DNA of 64,000 nt from Alphaproteobacteria bacterium (GCA_038131445.1 JAYPPL010000002.1:826-64825), one strand, 5' to 3'; shown: positions 1 to 10,976, numbered from the stretch's first letter. Made by a program: numbers and translations. The notes: generated by a model from the sequence alone, not told the origin.

Positions 1-1
1 C

Positions 2-151
2 TCGGATTTCCTTCTGCGGCCCGGCGAACTGCTGGATGCCGTCAGCGGCCAGTTACAGGTGGTGGCGTATGAGCATGGCGAGACACCGTCCCCGGCGGTC
101 GTCCAGCGGATTTGCGCGGTACGGAGCGAAGCTCCGGTTGCGCTGACCTAG
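2..151 (+). CDS. C-terminal end of an unidentified protein (partial, runs off the window start)
   Basis: Frame open from the window edge to TAG 149-151 (...LQVVAYEHGETPSPAVVQRICAVRSEAPVALT*). Third positions are GC-rich. Family not recognised. Confidence 0.3.
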   Translation, partial: SDFLLRPGELLDAVSGQLQVVAYEHGETPSPAVVQRICAVRSEAPVALT

Positions 152-411
152 GCGCTGAGGCCCAGCTTGGCGTCGAGCTGCCCGGCGGCATCGAGCGCGT
201 AGAGATCGTCACACCCGCCGATGTGTTCGCCGTCGATGAAGATCTGCGGGACCGTGTGACCGCCGTTCGCGCGCTGCATCATTTCCTTGCGCTTGCCGGA
301 ATTCATGGTGACGTCGGTTTCCTCGAAATCGACGCCCTTCTGCTTGAGCAGGCGCTTGGCCGCGGAACAGAAGCCGCAGAGCATACCGGTATAGATTTCG
401 ACCTTCGCCAT
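148..411 (-). CDS. grxC: glutaredoxin 3
   Basis: 87 aa with ATG at 411. Has the CGFC redox motif, then TVPQIFIDGEHIGGCDDL typical of Grx3. Confidence 0.9.
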   Translation of the reverse strand: MAKVEIYTGMLCGFCSAAKRLLKQKGVDFEETDVTMNSGKRKEMMQRANGGHTVPQIFIDGEHIGGCDDLYALDAAGQLDAKLGLSA

Positions 412-502
412 GTCGGACGATCCCCTTGCTGGTTTCCGCTCTATCTAGTCTCGCCGGACGCTTTTCGCCAGTGGTCCACGCGCAGGCAACATCAAAACCG
501 CG

Positions 503-1159
503 TCAGTTGCCCGGGGAGGCCGGACGGTCCACCCGCACCAACACCAACGCGTCGGCGGCACTCGCGCGCGCCCGCAAAAGAACCCGGGCGCAGTCTTCCA
601 GGGTCGCACCGGTCGAATAGACATCATCGACCAACAGCAACCGTACACCCGCGATCCTGTCGGCATAGCGCGGGTTCACAGCGAACGCACCGCGCACGTT
701 GCGCCGCCGCTGGGAGGCGCTCAGCCCGCCCTGGGTGGGCGTGACGCGGGTCCGACGTAGCAGGTCCGGAATCACAATGCAGGGCTTGCCAGCTTCGCGC
801 GCCAGCCAGCGCCCGAAAGCGGGGGCGCCGTGCAGCCGGTCGCGGTATTTCAGCCCGGTCACTAGATCGCGGCTTACATCGTTATAGGCGAAGACCGCGC
901 GGGCCCACTCGAAGGCCGGCCGCTCGCGGATATAGGCCCCACACAGGGCCTCCGGTCCCTGATCGAATTTAAACGGCAGGCAGCAGGCCTTGCAGAACGG
1001 CGCGGCATTGAAAGACGCACCGTCCCAGCGGGATGCCCAGAGCGCACCCGGTTCCGAGACCAGCGCTTCGCAGGCCAGGCATTGCGGTGGCAGCACCATA
1101 TCGAGCACGCCGCGCGCGGCGTGGGTCAGGGATGCGGAGACCGTCTTGATAACGATCAT
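503..1159 (-). CDS. ComF family protein (phosphoribosyltransferase domain)
   Basis: C-terminal PRTase motif LLLVDDVYSTGATLEDCARVL. N-terminal Cys pairs (PPQCLAC...FCKAC). Internal ATG at 1159 chosen because the longer ORF overlaps the divergent gene starting at 1244. Confidence 0.8.
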   Translation of the reverse strand: MIVIKTVSASLTHAARGVLDMVLPPQCLACEALVSEPGALWASRWDGASFNAAPFCKACCLPFKFDQGPEALCGAYIRERPAFEWARAVFAYNDVSRDLVTGLKYRDRLHGAPAFGRWLAREAGKPCIVIPDLLRRTRVTPTQGGLSASQRRRNVRGAFAVNPRYADRIAGVRLLLVDDVYSTGATLEDCARVLLRARASAADALVLVRVDRPASPGN

Positions 1160-1243
1160 AAGCGCATCTGGCCCGCCACGAAGCCGGGGAGCCAATCGGG
1201 CGAATACCTGTTCGCACCCCGCGCCCCATGCCATAAACCGCCC

Positions 1244-2179
1244 ATGAACAGCCCCGAGCCCATCTTCGACCGGACCCTGCTGCGCCGCCGCCGAGCGCGC
1301 ATCGCGGACCGGTTCGGTGCGCATGATTTCCTGTTCTGGGAGATCGCCAACCGCCTGGCGGAGCGCGCGGGCGATGTGCGGCGCGATTTCGACCTGGCGC
1401 TCGATGCCGGATGCCGGACAGGGCTGTTCGCCCAGCAAGCCGCCGTGAAGATCCCGGGCAAGATCGCGCACCTCATCCAGTGCGACCTGTCACCGGAGTT
1501 CGCCGCACAGGCCCGGTCCTGCACCGGTGTGCCGGCGCTGGTCACCGACGACGAGTTCCTGCCTTTCGCCGAGGCGAGCTTCGATCTGGCGATAAGCTGT
1601 GGCGTGCTGCACGCTGTGAACGACGTGCCGGGCGCGCTGGTCCAGTTGCGCCGGGTGCTCAGGCCCGACGGGCTGTTCCTGGGTGCGCTGCTGGGCGGAG
1701 ACACGCTGAACGAGCTGCGGCACGCCCTGATCGCCGCCGAAGCCGAGATCGAGGACGGTGCCAGCCCCCGGGTCGCGCCCTTCGCCGAACTGGCTGATGC
1801 GGCAGGACTGCTACAGCGCGCCGGGTTCGCCCTGCCCGTCGCGGACATGGACACCATCAACGTGACCTACGAGAACGCCTTCGCGTTGATGGCCGAACTG
1901 CGCGGCATGGGCGAGGCGAACATCCGGCACGACCGCCGCCGCACCCCGACCCGGCGCGCGACACTGCTTCGGGCGGCGGAAATCTATTCCGAGCAGTTCG
2001 CCGGGCCGGACGGACGCATTCCCGCAACGTTCCAGATTTTCTTCCTGACCGGCTGGGCGCCCGCCGAGACCCAGCCAAAGCCGCTGCGCCCGGGCAGCGC
2101 ATCCGTGCGCCTCGCCGACGCGCTGGACGCGGATGAGCGTTCGCTTCCCGAGAAACCCGATCCGTTCTCGAAACTCTGA
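1244..2179 (+). CDS. class I SAM-dependent methyltransferase
   Basis: ATG at 1244 (MNSPEPIFDR...). Motif I LDAGCRTG, then FDLAISCGVLHAVNDVPGALVQLRRVLRPDGLF. Divergent from comF, a common alphaproteobacterial arrangement. Confidence 0.8.
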   Translation: MNSPEPIFDRTLLRRRRARIADRFGAHDFLFWEIANRLAERAGDVRRDFDLALDAGCRTGLFAQQAAVKIPGKIAHLIQCDLSPEFAAQARSCTGVPALVTDDEFLPFAEASFDLAISCGVLHAVNDVPGALVQLRRVLRPDGLFLGALLGGDTLNELRHALIAAEAEIEDGASPRVAPFAELADAAGLLQRAGFALPVADMDTINVTYENAFALMAELRGMGEANIRHDRRRTPTRRATLLRAAEIYSEQFAGPDGRIPATFQIFFLTGWAPAETQPKPLRPGSASVRLADALDADERSLPEKPDPFSKL

Positions 2180-2273
2180 GCCGCTTCCTGAAAGCGCCCA
2201 CACCTGCAGGTTCGGCACGACCGGTACGCATGCTATCGTTTAGATTCCACGCGCACGGATGAGGGAAAAGCCG

Positions 2274-3173
2274 ATGATATACATTCTGCCCGTATGGGAG
2301 ACAGTCGGTGACTGCTACCGGTTCATCTGGGCCGAACGCCGCGCATGGTTCGATTATGTGCTGGGACCCGTTTTCGCCGTTAGCGTCATTCCGCTCCTGC
2401 TGATGTGGATCTTCCTTGGCACCTTCCAGATACCTCTTGGGCCGACGGGACTTCCCGATATCGAGCGATCCGGCGGATCCCTTCTGGGAATGATATTCCT
2501 GATCTGGTTCCTAATGATCGGCGTCTATGTGTCCTTTGCCGTAGCCTGGCATCGCCGGGTCCTGCTGGGGCCTGACCACACGTCCGCGCGTGAACTGTTT
2601 TCTTGGCAACGGCGGCACTGGACATATGCGGGCCAGTGCATCCTGATTCTCCTGCTGTCGATCATGGTCGGGATCGTGATCGGGTTCCTGGTATCCATCC
2701 CTCTCGAAATCGTAGCGGGTGTCCTGTCGGCGCAGGGAGGAAATCCGGCAAACCTGGTTGCCCTGGCCGCACTCACCTGGATTGCCGCGGCACTGGCCGC
2801 ATTTGCGATCATGGCCGGGCCCATGCTGGCTTTTCCCGCCACTGCCATCGATGATACGGAGCTGGGAATCCGGGCCGGATGGAAACTGGCGCGCGGCAAC
2901 CGCTGGCGCATGGTCGGTGTCTATATTCTCGGCGTCTTCATCCCCGTCCTCATCGTGCAGGTGCTGCTGATCGGCCTGATCGGCAGCGGGCTCTCGACGA
3001 TGGAGCCGGAATCACTCGAAGGCGTGCGCCAGTCCTTCTCGTTCAGTCTGATCATCAACCTGATCAGCAACGCCGTCTATTTCCTGGGTGTCGCCATCGG
3101 CATGTCGATGCTGTCGATCATGTACCGCCGCCTGCGGGACAACGTGCCGTCAAACGAGTCAGCGTCCGCCTAG
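2274..3173 (+). CDS. hypothetical multi-pass membrane protein
   Basis: Several long hydrophobic stretches. Second ATG (2274) preferred because GAGGGAAAAG lies just upstream; the first ATG is at 2259. No family recognised. Confidence 0.6.
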   Translation: MIYILPVWETVGDCYRFIWAERRAWFDYVLGPVFAVSVIPLLLMWIFLGTFQIPLGPTGLPDIERSGGSLLGMIFLIWFLMIGVYVSFAVAWHRRVLLGPDHTSARELFSWQRRHWTYAGQCILILLLSIMVGIVIGFLVSIPLEIVAGVLSAQGGNPANLVALAALTWIAAALAAFAIMAGPMLAFPATAIDDTELGIRAGWKLARGNRWRMVGVYILGVFIPVLIVQVLLIGLIGSGLSTMEPESLEGVRQSFSFSLIINLISNAVYFLGVAIGMSMLSIMYRRLRDNVPSNESASA

Positions 3174-3589
3174 AGCAGATCCTGAAGCTGGGCGACCAGC
3201 GGCACGTCGGCCGGCGGCATGGCGTACTCGCGCATCCGGTTGGGGCGCACCCAGGCCAGTTCCTGGCCCTCACGCGGCACCGGGTCGCCGTGCCATTTGC
3301 GGCACACGAACAGCGGCATCAGCAGGTGGAAGTCGTCATAGCCGTGGCTGGCGAAACCGATCGGCGCGAGGCAACTTTCATGGGTGTCGATGCCCAGTTC
3401 CTCGTGCAGCTCGCGGATCAGTGCAGCCTCCGGCGTCTCACCGGCATCGACCTTGCCGCCGGGAAACTCCCACAGCCCGGCCATCGCCTTGCCTTCGGGG
3501 CGGCGCGCCAGCAGCACCCGGCTGTCGGCATCGATCAGCGCGACGGCGCTGACCAGCACGATGGGCTTCCCGGAGACGGCTTCGGCCAA
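3170..3589 (-). CDS. mutT: NUDIX hydrolase, MutT-like 8-oxo-dGTP diphosphatase
   Basis: Nudix box GLWEFPGGKVDAGETPEAALIRELHEELGI. The ORF-track ATG at 3652 overlaps argJ by 58 nt. TTG at 3589, 5 nt after the argJ stop, gives a typical ~140 aa MutT. Start is uncertain. Confidence 0.75.
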   Translation of the reverse strand: MAEAVSGKPIVLVSAVALIDADSRVLLARRPEGKAMAGLWEFPGGKVDAGETPEAALIRELHEELGIDTHESCLAPIGFASHGYDDFHLLMPLFVCRKWHGDPVPREGQELAWVRPNRMREYAMPPADVPLVAQLQDLL

Positions 3590-3594
3590 CGGGC

Positions 3595-4894
3595 CTAGCT
3601 CCGGTAGTCGGCGTTGATCGTGATGTAGCCGTGGGTCAGGTCGCAGGTCCATACGGTTCCGCGTCCACGCCCTATGCCGAGATCGACATCGATGACGATC
3701 TCCTGCCCCTTCATATGCGCAGCCACCGGCGCCTCGTTGTAGCCGGAGACCAGCTGGCCGTTACGGGTGATTTCCACCCCGCCGACGCCGACCGACAGCT
3801 TGTCGCGGTCGGCCTTCTCGCCTGACTTGCCGACCGCCATGACGATGCGGCCCCAGTTGGCGTCCTCCCCCGCGATGGCCGTCTTGACCAGCGGGGAATT
3901 GGCGATGGCGAGGCCCACCGTGCGCGCCGCGCGCTTGGATTCGGCGCCACGCACATTGATGGTCACGAACTTCTGCGCACCTTCGCCGTCACGCACGATC
4001 TGCTGGGCGAGATCGACGAAGATGTCCTTCAGCGCCGCCTTGAATTCCGTCAGCACCTTGTCGCCCGCACTCGTGATGCGCGGCTGGCCCTTGGCCTGCC
4101 CCGTCGCGAACAGGAGCGCCGTATCGGACGTCGAGGTGTCGCTGTCCACCGTGATGGCGTTAAAGGAATCCTCATTCGCCGACCGGATCAGGCTCTGGAG
4201 AACCTTGGCTGGGATCTTCGCGTCCGTGAACACGAAACTAAGCATCGTCGCCATGTCCGGGGCGATCATGCCCGATCCCTTGGCAAAGCCCGACAGCGTA
4301 ACCTCGGCCTTGCCGATCATCACCTTGCGGCTGGCCATTTTTGGGAAGGTGTCGGTGGTCATGATGGCTTCGGCCGCCGTGCGCCAGCCTTTCTCCGACA
4401 GCAACTTCTTCATCTTCGCCAGCTTGCTGGCGATGTAGTCCGGCGCGCGCGGCTCGCCGATCACGCCGGTCGAGGCGATATAGACATCCTGCGCGCGGCA
4501 GCCGAACAGGCTGGCCGCCTCGCCTGCCGTCTGCGCCACCTGCAGGTCACCGGCTTTGCCGGTGAAAGCGTTAGCATTGCCCGAATTGACGACGAGCACC
4601 CGCGCGCTGCCGCGCGGCAGGATCGCCCGGCACCAATCGACCGGCGCCGACGGGCATTTTGAGCGAGTCAGCACACCCGGCCACGGTTGTGCCCGGCGCC
4701 AGCTCGGCCACCATCAGGTCCTTGACGCCCTTGTGCTTCTTCAAACCCACCGCGCGCCCGGCCAGACGCACGCCCGCAACAGGTTCGAGCGTGACGAAAC
4801 GCTTTGGCGCCAGCGGCGAGCGGGCGAGCTTCTTCTTCGGCGGTGCGCCGGTGTTGCTGCTCGCGGCTTTTCTGGATGCAGACGTACCGGCCAT
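3595..4894 (-). pseudogene. argJ: bifunctional ornithine acetyltransferase / N-acetylglutamate synthase ArgJ, reading frame broken by one extra base
   Basis: ORF 4571..4906 gives the ArgJ N-terminus (...LEPVAGVRLAGRAVGLKKHKGVKDLMVAELAPGTTVAG). ORF 3595..4674 continues in another frame ((V)[15 protein letters not shown]...NSGNANAFTG...ATMLSFVFTD...INADYRS). Span is 1300 nt = 3n+1. The surplus base sits at the GGG run 4676-4678. Confidence 0.9.
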
Positions 4895-4950
4895 GATGCC
4901 CCCCAAAGAAGCTGAACGACTGGGCGCGCCAGACGGGCGATGGGCCCGTG

Positions 4951-5826
4951 TTACTTCTTCGGTGCGCCCTCGATCGGCGAGCCGTCAATGTTGAACATCT
5001 CGATTTTCGCGTCGGCCCGCAATTTCGTCATATGCGCGGCGATGATATCGCGCGTCAACTGCTCTTCGATGCCCGCACGCGATTCCTCGAAGGACGGCGG
5101 CGGCTGGCGGCGCTTGTCCACAACCTTGATGACGTGCCAGCCGAACTCCGTCTTCACGGGATCGGGGCCGACGGTCCCTGGTTCCAGCGCGAAGGCGGCG
5201 TCGGAAAACGGCTCAACCATCTGGCTGCGTACGAAGTAACCCAGATCGCCGCCGCGCGGCCCGCTGGGGCCCGTGGATCGCTCACGCGCTAGTTTCGCGA
5301 AGTCCCCATCTTTCTCCAGCGCCTTTAGGATTTCCTTCGCCTCTTCCTCGCTCTCTACGAGGATGTGGCTAGCGCGCACCTGCAGCGGTCCTTCAGTCTT
5401 GGCGATGGTATTGTTATAGCTCTCACGAATTTTCTCGTCGTTCAGTTCCTTATCCACGATCTGGTCCATATAGGCCCGCTGCACGGCGACCTTCTCGAAC
5501 TCGGCGACCTGCTGCTTAACATCTTCGCTGTCCTGCAGCTTTTCGTCCCGGCCCGCCTCGGCCAGCAATTCGCCATCGACCAGCTGCTGGAGGATCTGGG
5601 TGTAGAGCACACTGATCGGTACCTGCTGTAACTGAGCCGGCAGGCGCGAATAGGCGCGCACCACATCCGACTGGCGCAAGACCCGACCACCCACCCGCGC
5701 AACCACGGAATCCTGCTCCTCCGCCGCCGCGGCTTCCAGCGCGCCTGCGGATTTCTGGGCATAGGCACCGGTCGGTGCGATCGCGAGAAGCGCCAGCGCG
5801 CCGGCGGCAAGGAAGATGCGGATCAT
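4951..5826 (-). CDS. peptidylprolyl isomerase (parvulin/PpiC type, SurA-like, secreted)
   Basis: ATG at 5826 gives a signal peptide MIRIFLAAGALALLAIAPTGAYAQ. Parvulin core is SHILVESEEEAKEIL...GGDLGYF...FGWHVIKV. The rest of ORF 4951..7155 is antisense to secA. Confidence 0.85.
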   Translation of the reverse strand: MIRIFLAAGALALLAIAPTGAYAQKSAGALEAAAAEEQDSVVARVGGRVLRQSDVVRAYSRLPAQLQQVPISVLYTQILQQLVDGELLAEAGRDEKLQDSEDVKQQVAEFEKVAVQRAYMDQIVDKELNDEKIRESYNNTIAKTEGPLQVRASHILVESEEEAKEILKALEKDGDFAKLARERSTGPSGPRGGDLGYFVRSQMVEPFSDAAFALEPGTVGPDPVKTEFGWHVIKVVDKRRQPPPSFEESRAGIEEQLTRDIIAAHMTKLRADAKIEMFNIDGSPIEGAPKK

Positions 5827-6129
5827 GAAAAACTCCTGTGAAATCACACGGCAGAGAATGAGCCTGGAGCTCAGATATTTGCCGGGCGGGTGCACACTGC
5901 CCCGTTCGCAAAGGACGCACAACCCGGACAGCAACGCACGGCCATCGGTCACACGCGGTTTTGAAGGGCAAGTGCGGCAGGAAGCAGGTAATTTTTTCAC
6001 GAACGCGGCCCAGCGTTGACACATTCCGGCACGCCCCCTAGACAAAGCGCGAAAACGCCCCACTTGAGGGAAGTTTTGCGCCGGAGCCCGGCGCGCCCCG
6101 CGTGGCACTGCCCGCTTCGAGGAGACTCC

Positions 6130-8838
6130 ATGGTCCTCAGTCTGATCACCAAGGCCTTCGGCACCGCCAACGACCGGTACCTGAAGCGCCTCGGCAAAAA
6201 GGTCGATGAGATCAACGCGCTCGAGCCCGAGCTCGAGGCCCTTGACGACGACGCCCTGCGCGCGCGCACCGATGCTTTCCGAAAGCGCTTGGCGGACGGC
6301 GAGACGCTGGACGACCTGCTGGTCGAGGCGTTCGCCACAGTCCGCGAGGCGGCCAAGCGTACCCTCGGACAGCGTCACTTCGATGTACAGCTCCTCGGTG
6401 CCATGATCCTGCACAACGGCATGATCTCCGAGATGAAGACAGGTGAAGGTAAGACCCTCGTGGCCACCTTGCCGGTCTATCTGAACGCGCTTGAGGGCAA
6501 GGGCGTTCATGTCGTAACGGTCAATGACTACCTGGCCCAGCGCGACTCCGGCTGGATGGGAGAGGTTTATGAATTTCTGGGTCTGACCACCGGCTGCATC
6601 GTGAACGGCCTGTCGGACGAGGAACGCCGCGCGGCCTATGCGGCCGACGTGACGTACGGCACCAACAACGAATTCGGTTTCGACTACCTGCGCGACAACA
6701 TGAAATTCCATCTCGACGAGATGGTGCAGCGCGACTTCAACTTCGCCATCGTCGATGAGGTGGACTCGATCCTGATTGATGAGGCGCGCACGCCGCTGAT
6801 CATCTCGGGCGCTGTCGAGGATTCGTCCGAGAACTATGTCGCCGCCAACTCGATAATTCCGCAGCTCACCGAAGAGGATTTCGAGCTGGACGAGAAGGCG
6901 CGCGCCGTCACCCTGACCGAGGAAGGCGTGGAGCACGCCGAACAGCTCCTGACCGCCGCCGGTCTGCTGGAAGAAGGCGGCAGTCTCTACGACATCACCA
7001 GCGTCTCCATCCTGCACCACATCAATCAGGCGCTGCGCGCCCACAAGCTGTTCCAGCGCGACCGCGACTACATCGTGAAGGACAACCGGGTCGTCATCAT
7101 CGACGAGTTCACGGGCCGCATGATGGAAGGCCGTCGCTACTCCGACGGCCTGCATCAGGCGCTGGAGGCCAAGGAAGGCGCGTTAATCCAGAACGAGAAC
7201 CAGACCCTCGCCTCGATCACCTTCCAGAACTACTTCCGCCTCTACCCAAAACTCTCGGGCATGACGGGCACGGCGATGACGGAATCGGCCGAGTTCGCGG
7301 AAATCTATTCGCTCGAGGTCGTGGACATCCCAACCAACAACCCGATGGTCCGCGACGACCAGAACGACGAGGTCTATCGGACTCTCGGTGAGAAATACAA
7401 CGCAATCATCGAGCTGATCGAGGATGCGGTGAAGCGCGGCCAGCCGGTCCTCGTCGGCACTGTCTCCATCGAGAAGTCCGAGCAAATCTCCGAGGAGCTC
7501 AAGCGCCGCAAGATCGCGCATGAGGTGCTAAACGCGCGGCACCATGAGCGCGAGGCATACATCATCTCCCAGGCCGGCGTACCGGGCGCCGTGACCATCG
7601 CCACCAACATGGCCGGCCGCGGTACGGATATACAGCTCGGCGGCAATATCGAGATGCGCCTCGCGGCCGAACTCGACGGCATCGAGGACGAGGAGGCACG
7701 CGCGGCCAAGGAGGCTGAGATTCGCGCCGAGATCGCCAGGCTGCATGACGAAGTGATCGCCGCCGGCGGCCTGATGGTCATAGGCACCGAACGCCATGAA
7801 AGCCGGCGCATCGACAACCAGTTGCGCGGCCGCTCCGGTCGCCAGGGCGATCCGGGTACATCGCGCTTCTTCCTATCGCTGGAAGACGACCTGATGCGCA
7901 TCTTCGGCTCCGAGCGCATGGACGGCATGCTCCAGAAGCTCGGCATCGAGGAAGGCGAGGCGATCGTCCATCCATGGATCAACAAGGCGCTGGAAAAGGC
8001 GCAGCAGAAGGTCGAGGCGCGGAACTTCGAAATCCGCAAGCAGCTGCTCCAGTACGACGACGTGATGAACGACCAGCGCAAGGTCATCTACGAGCAGCGC
8101 AAGGATTTGATGCGCACCGACGACGTGTCTGAGACGGTGGAGGCGATGCGCGAGGAGGTCCTCGGCAACGTGATCGCCCGGACCATCCCGGAAAAGGCCT
8201 TCGCGGAGCAGTGGGATACGAGCCTGCTGAATGAGGAGGCGCTGCGCGTCTTCGGCCTCGACATTCCCGCCGAGGACTGGGCGCGCGAGGAAGGCATCGC
8301 GGATGAGGAAATCCGCGACCGCATGCAGAAGATGATCGAGGCGAAGATGGCGGCCAAGGCCGCCAATTACGGCGCCGAGCTGATGCGCATGGCCGAGAAG
8401 AACCTGCTGCTGCAGATCCTCGACCAGTACTGGAAGGACCACCTGCTCCGGCTGGACCACTTGCGCCAGGGCATCGGCCTGCGCGCCTTCGGCCAGAAAA
8501 ACCCGCTGAACGAATACAAGCGCGAAGCCTTCGATATGTTCCAGGACATGCTTTCGCGGCTGCGCGAAGGCGTGACGATGATGCTGAGCCATCTGGAAAT
8601 CCAGGCGGACGTGCCCAATCCGGTCCCGGAACCGGAATCGCCCCGCCGGATGGAAGTCCGGCACGCCGAGGCCGATTCATTGCGGGACGAAGCACCCTCA
8701 CCGGCGCAGGCGCGTGGTCAGGCGGTGGCGGAGATCGATCCGAACGACCCGGCCACATGGGGCAAGGTCCCGCGCAACGCCGCCTGCCCGTGCGGTTCAG
8801 GCAAAAAGTACAAGCACTGTCACGGCCGAGTGGCCTGA
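6130..8838 (+). CDS. secA: preprotein translocase ATPase SecA
   Basis: [21 protein letters not shown] start with GGAG upstream. Walker [10 protein letters not shown]-terminal zinc motif [14 protein letters not shown]. Confidence 0.97.
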   Translation: MVLSLITKAFGTANDRYLKRLGKKVDEINALEPELEALDDDALRARTDAFRKRLADGETLDDLLVEAFATVREAAKRTLGQRHFDVQLLGAMILHNGMISEMKTGEGKTLVATLPVYLNALEGKGVHVVTVNDYLAQRDSGWMGEVYEFLGLTTGCIVNGLSDEERRAAYAADVTYGTNNEFGFDYLRDNMKFHLDEMVQRDFNFAIVDEVDSILIDEARTPLIISGAVEDSSENYVAANSIIPQLTEEDFELDEKARAVTLTEEGVEHAEQLLTAAGLLEEGGSLYDITSVSILHHINQALRAHKLFQRDRDYIVKDNRVVIIDEFTGRMMEGRRYSDGLHQALEAKEGALIQNENQTLASITFQNYFRLYPKLSGMTGTAMTESAEFAEIYSLEVVDIPTNNPMVRDDQNDEVYRTLGEKYNAIIELIEDAVKRGQPVLVGTVSIEKSEQISEELKRRKIAHEVLNARHHEREAYIISQAGVPGAVTIATNMAGRGTDIQLGGNIEMRLAAELDGIEDEEARAAKEAEIRAEIARLHDEVIAAGGLMVIGTERHESRRIDNQLRGRSGRQGDPGTSRFFLSLEDDLMRIFGSERMDGMLQKLGIEEGEAIVHPWINKALEKAQQKVEARNFEIRKQLLQYDDVMNDQRKVIYEQRKDLMRTDDVSETVEAMREEVLGNVIARTIPEKAFAEQWDTSLLNEEALRVFGLDIPAEDWAREEGIADEEIRDRMQKMIEAKMAAKAANYGAELMRMAEKNLLLQILDQYWKDHLLRLDHLRQGIGLRAFGQKNPLNEYKREAFDMFQDMLSRLREGVTMMLSHLEIQADVPNPVPEPESPRRMEVRHAEADSLRDEAPSPAQARGQAVAEIDPNDPATWGKVPRNAACPCGSGKKYKHCHGRVA

Positions 8839-9031
8839 ACGAAATCGCATCCACTTCTGCTTAGAGGCACCGTCATGCCTGCGCTTTGCATGGGCATCCA
8901 TGTCCTTCGGCGCCAGAAAATCCTGGGCTTGGCACACTGACGTGGATGGCCGAAACCAGTCTGGCCATGACGTACTTCTAAAAATACTGGCATTTATGGA
9001 CACCGCCCGAACAGCTTAAGCCAAAGACAGC

Positions 9032-9985
9032 CTAAGCCAGCCCGACCGTTCCCAGTTTCGCGAACTTGTCGCGCCGGTGCGCCTTCAGCGCCGGGCCGTC
9101 CATGCCGTCGAGGGTCGACAGGGCCTCGGCGACGTAGTTACCGACTGCCGCAACAGCGACACCCGGCTCACGCTGGGCCCCGCCCAGCGGCTCGTCGATC
9201 ACGCCGTCGATCAGTTTCAGGCGCATCAGGTCCTGTGCAGTGATCCGCAAAGCCTCAGCGGCATCCTTCGCCCGCGCGCCATCGCGCCACAGGATCGAGG
9301 CACAGCCTTCCGGTGAGATCACCGAATAGACGGCGTGTTCGAGCATGAGGACCGTGTTGGCAGTGGCGATCGCAATCGCCCCGCCCGAGCCACCCTCGCC
9401 AATGATGACAGCGACAAACGGAACCGACAGGCCGAGGCAGGTCTGGATCGAGCGCGCGATGGCTTCCGACTGGCCGCGTTCCTCCGCCCCAACGCCGGGA
9501 TAGGCGCCCGAAGTATCCACGAAAGAAAGGACAGGAAGGTTGAAGCGGTTGGCGAGGTCCATCACCCGCTGTGCCTTGCGGTAACCCTCGGGCCGGGCCA
9601 TGCCGAAGTTGTGGGCAATCCGGCTGTCCGTGTCCTTGCCCTTCTCATGTCCCAGAACGGCGACCGACCGACCGCGGAAACGACCCAGCCCGGCCACCAG
9701 CGCCGCATCCTCGGCATAAAGGCGGTCACCGGCCAGCGGCACGAAATCCTCGATCAGTCCCGAGACGTAGTCGCCGCATTTAGGGCGGCCCGGGTGCCGT
9801 GCCACCTGCACCTTCTGCCAGGCGCTGAGGCGGCCATAGGCCTGGCGAAGCTGGCGCTCCACCTTCTCCTCCAGCTTGCCGACCTCATCGGCGATGTTGA
9901 TCTGGCCATCCGACAGGTGTCGCAACTCCTCGATCTTGCCTTCGAGGTCCGCGATCGATTTTTCGAAATCCAAAAAATATGGCAT
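9032..9985 (-). CDS. accA: acetyl-CoA carboxylase carboxyltransferase subunit alpha
   Basis: 317 aa; MPYFLDFEKSIADLEGKIEELR...RPEGYRKAQRVMDLANRFNLPVLSFVDTSGAYPG is canonical AccA. Confidence 0.95.
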   Translation of the reverse strand: MPYFLDFEKSIADLEGKIEELRHLSDGQINIADEVGKLEEKVERQLRQAYGRLSAWQKVQVARHPGRPKCGDYVSGLIEDFVPLAGDRLYAEDAALVAGLGRFRGRSVAVLGHEKGKDTDSRIAHNFGMARPEGYRKAQRVMDLANRFNLPVLSFVDTSGAYPGVGAEERGQSEAIARSIQTCLGLSVPFVAVIIGEGGSGGAIAIATANTVLMLEHAVYSVISPEGCASILWRDGARAKDAAEALRITAQDLMRLKLIDGVIDEPLGGAQREPGVAVAAVGNYVAEALSTLDGMDGPALKAHRRDKFAKLGTVGLA

Positions 9986-10022
9986 GACCGACTCCTACAG
10001 GGTTTCGGGGTCGCGATGAAGC

Positions 10023-10976
10023 TCAACCCGTCGCGCGGCGCGCCAGCGGATGATGCTCGGTCACCAGGCGCCGCATGCGTTCATCGAGGACGTGGGTATA
10101 GATCTGGGTCGTCGAGATGTCGGCATGGCCCAGCATCTGCTGAACGCTGCGTAGATCGGCATCGTGGTGCAGCAGGTGAGTCGCAAAGGCGTGGCGCAGG
10201 ACATGGGGGCTGACCTTGCGCGGGTCGAGACCGGCGTCGCGCGCAAGCTGCTTGAGCAATTGGAAGAAGCGCTGGCGCGTCAGGTGCCCACCGCCACGCC
10301 CCGGAAATAGGTGCGGGCTGCTGATGCCTTCGGGCAGGAAAGCATCGCGCACGTCGAGATAGGCCCGCACCGCCGCGCGGGCGGGCATGCTCAGCGGCAC
10401 CATGCGTTCCTTGTTGCCCTTTCCGCGCACGATCAGCACTTCCAGATCGCGCTGGACCGTCGCCAAAGGCAGGCTGACCAGCTCTGACACACGCATCCCC
10501 GTGGCGTAGCAGAGCTCGACCAGCGCGCGCAGCCGCGCGCCTTCGACGCCGTCATGCCCCTCTGCGGTGTCCAGTAGTCTGCCCACGTCGTCCTCGGACA
10601 GGATTTTCGGCAGCGAGCGGCCCTGGCGCGGGCTTTCGAGGATCGACGTCGGATCGTCAGCACGCAGGCCGTCCGAATACAGGAACCGGTAGAATTGTCG
10701 TAACGCCGACAGCCGCCGCGACGCCGTGCGCGCGGTCATCCCCTGCTTGTCGAGATGGCGGAGGTAACGGAACAAATCCTCGGAGGTCGCCGTATCGAGC
10801 ACCGCGCGGGCTGACGTGTCCCGGTCCGCCAGAAAATCCGCCGTGTCTTCCAGGTCCCGACGATAGGCCGCCAGCGTGTTAGGAGAGACCCCACGCTCGG
10901 CGATCAACAGTTCTAGGTAGGCTTCGAGATAGCGGCTCACCCGCTCGGCCGGAACCGGCGCACGGCGGCGCTTCAC
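10023..10976 (-). CDS. xerD: site-specific tyrosine recombinase XerD
   Basis: C-terminal catalytic region HVLRHAFATHLLHHDADLRSVQQMLGHADISTTQIYTHV. GTG at 10976 overlaps the upstream stop as GTGA. The longer ORF-track N-terminus is Arg/Gly-rich and overlaps the upstream gene. Confidence 0.9.
   Translation of the reverse strand: MKRRRAPVPAERVSRYLEAYLELLIAERGVSPNTLAAYRRDLEDTADFLADRDTSARAVLDTATSEDLFRYLRHLDKQGMTARTASRRLSALRQFYRFLYSDGLRADDPTSILESPRQGRSLPKILSEDDVGRLLDTAEGHDGVEGARLRALVELCYATGMRVSELVSLPLATVQRDLEVLIVRGKGNKERMVPLSMPARAAVRAYLDVRDAFLPEGISSPHLFPGRGGGHLTRQRFFQLLKQLARDAGLDPRKVSPHVLRHAFATHLLHHDADLRSVQQMLGHADISTTQIYTHVLDERMRRLVTEHHPLARRATG

Noticed and set aside
3590-3652. ATG at 3652 as the mutT start
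   Set aside because: It would overlap argJ by 58 nt and add a non-conserved Arg/Pro/His-rich leader. TTG 3589 just after the argJ stop fits MutT length better. This remains uncertain.
5827-7155. Upstream 440 codons of the 734-aa minus-strand ORF 4951..7155
   Set aside because: This part is antisense to secA, has no family features, and is the usual stop-poor antisense frame of GC-rich DNA. The real gene is the parvulin PPIase starting at ATG 5826.
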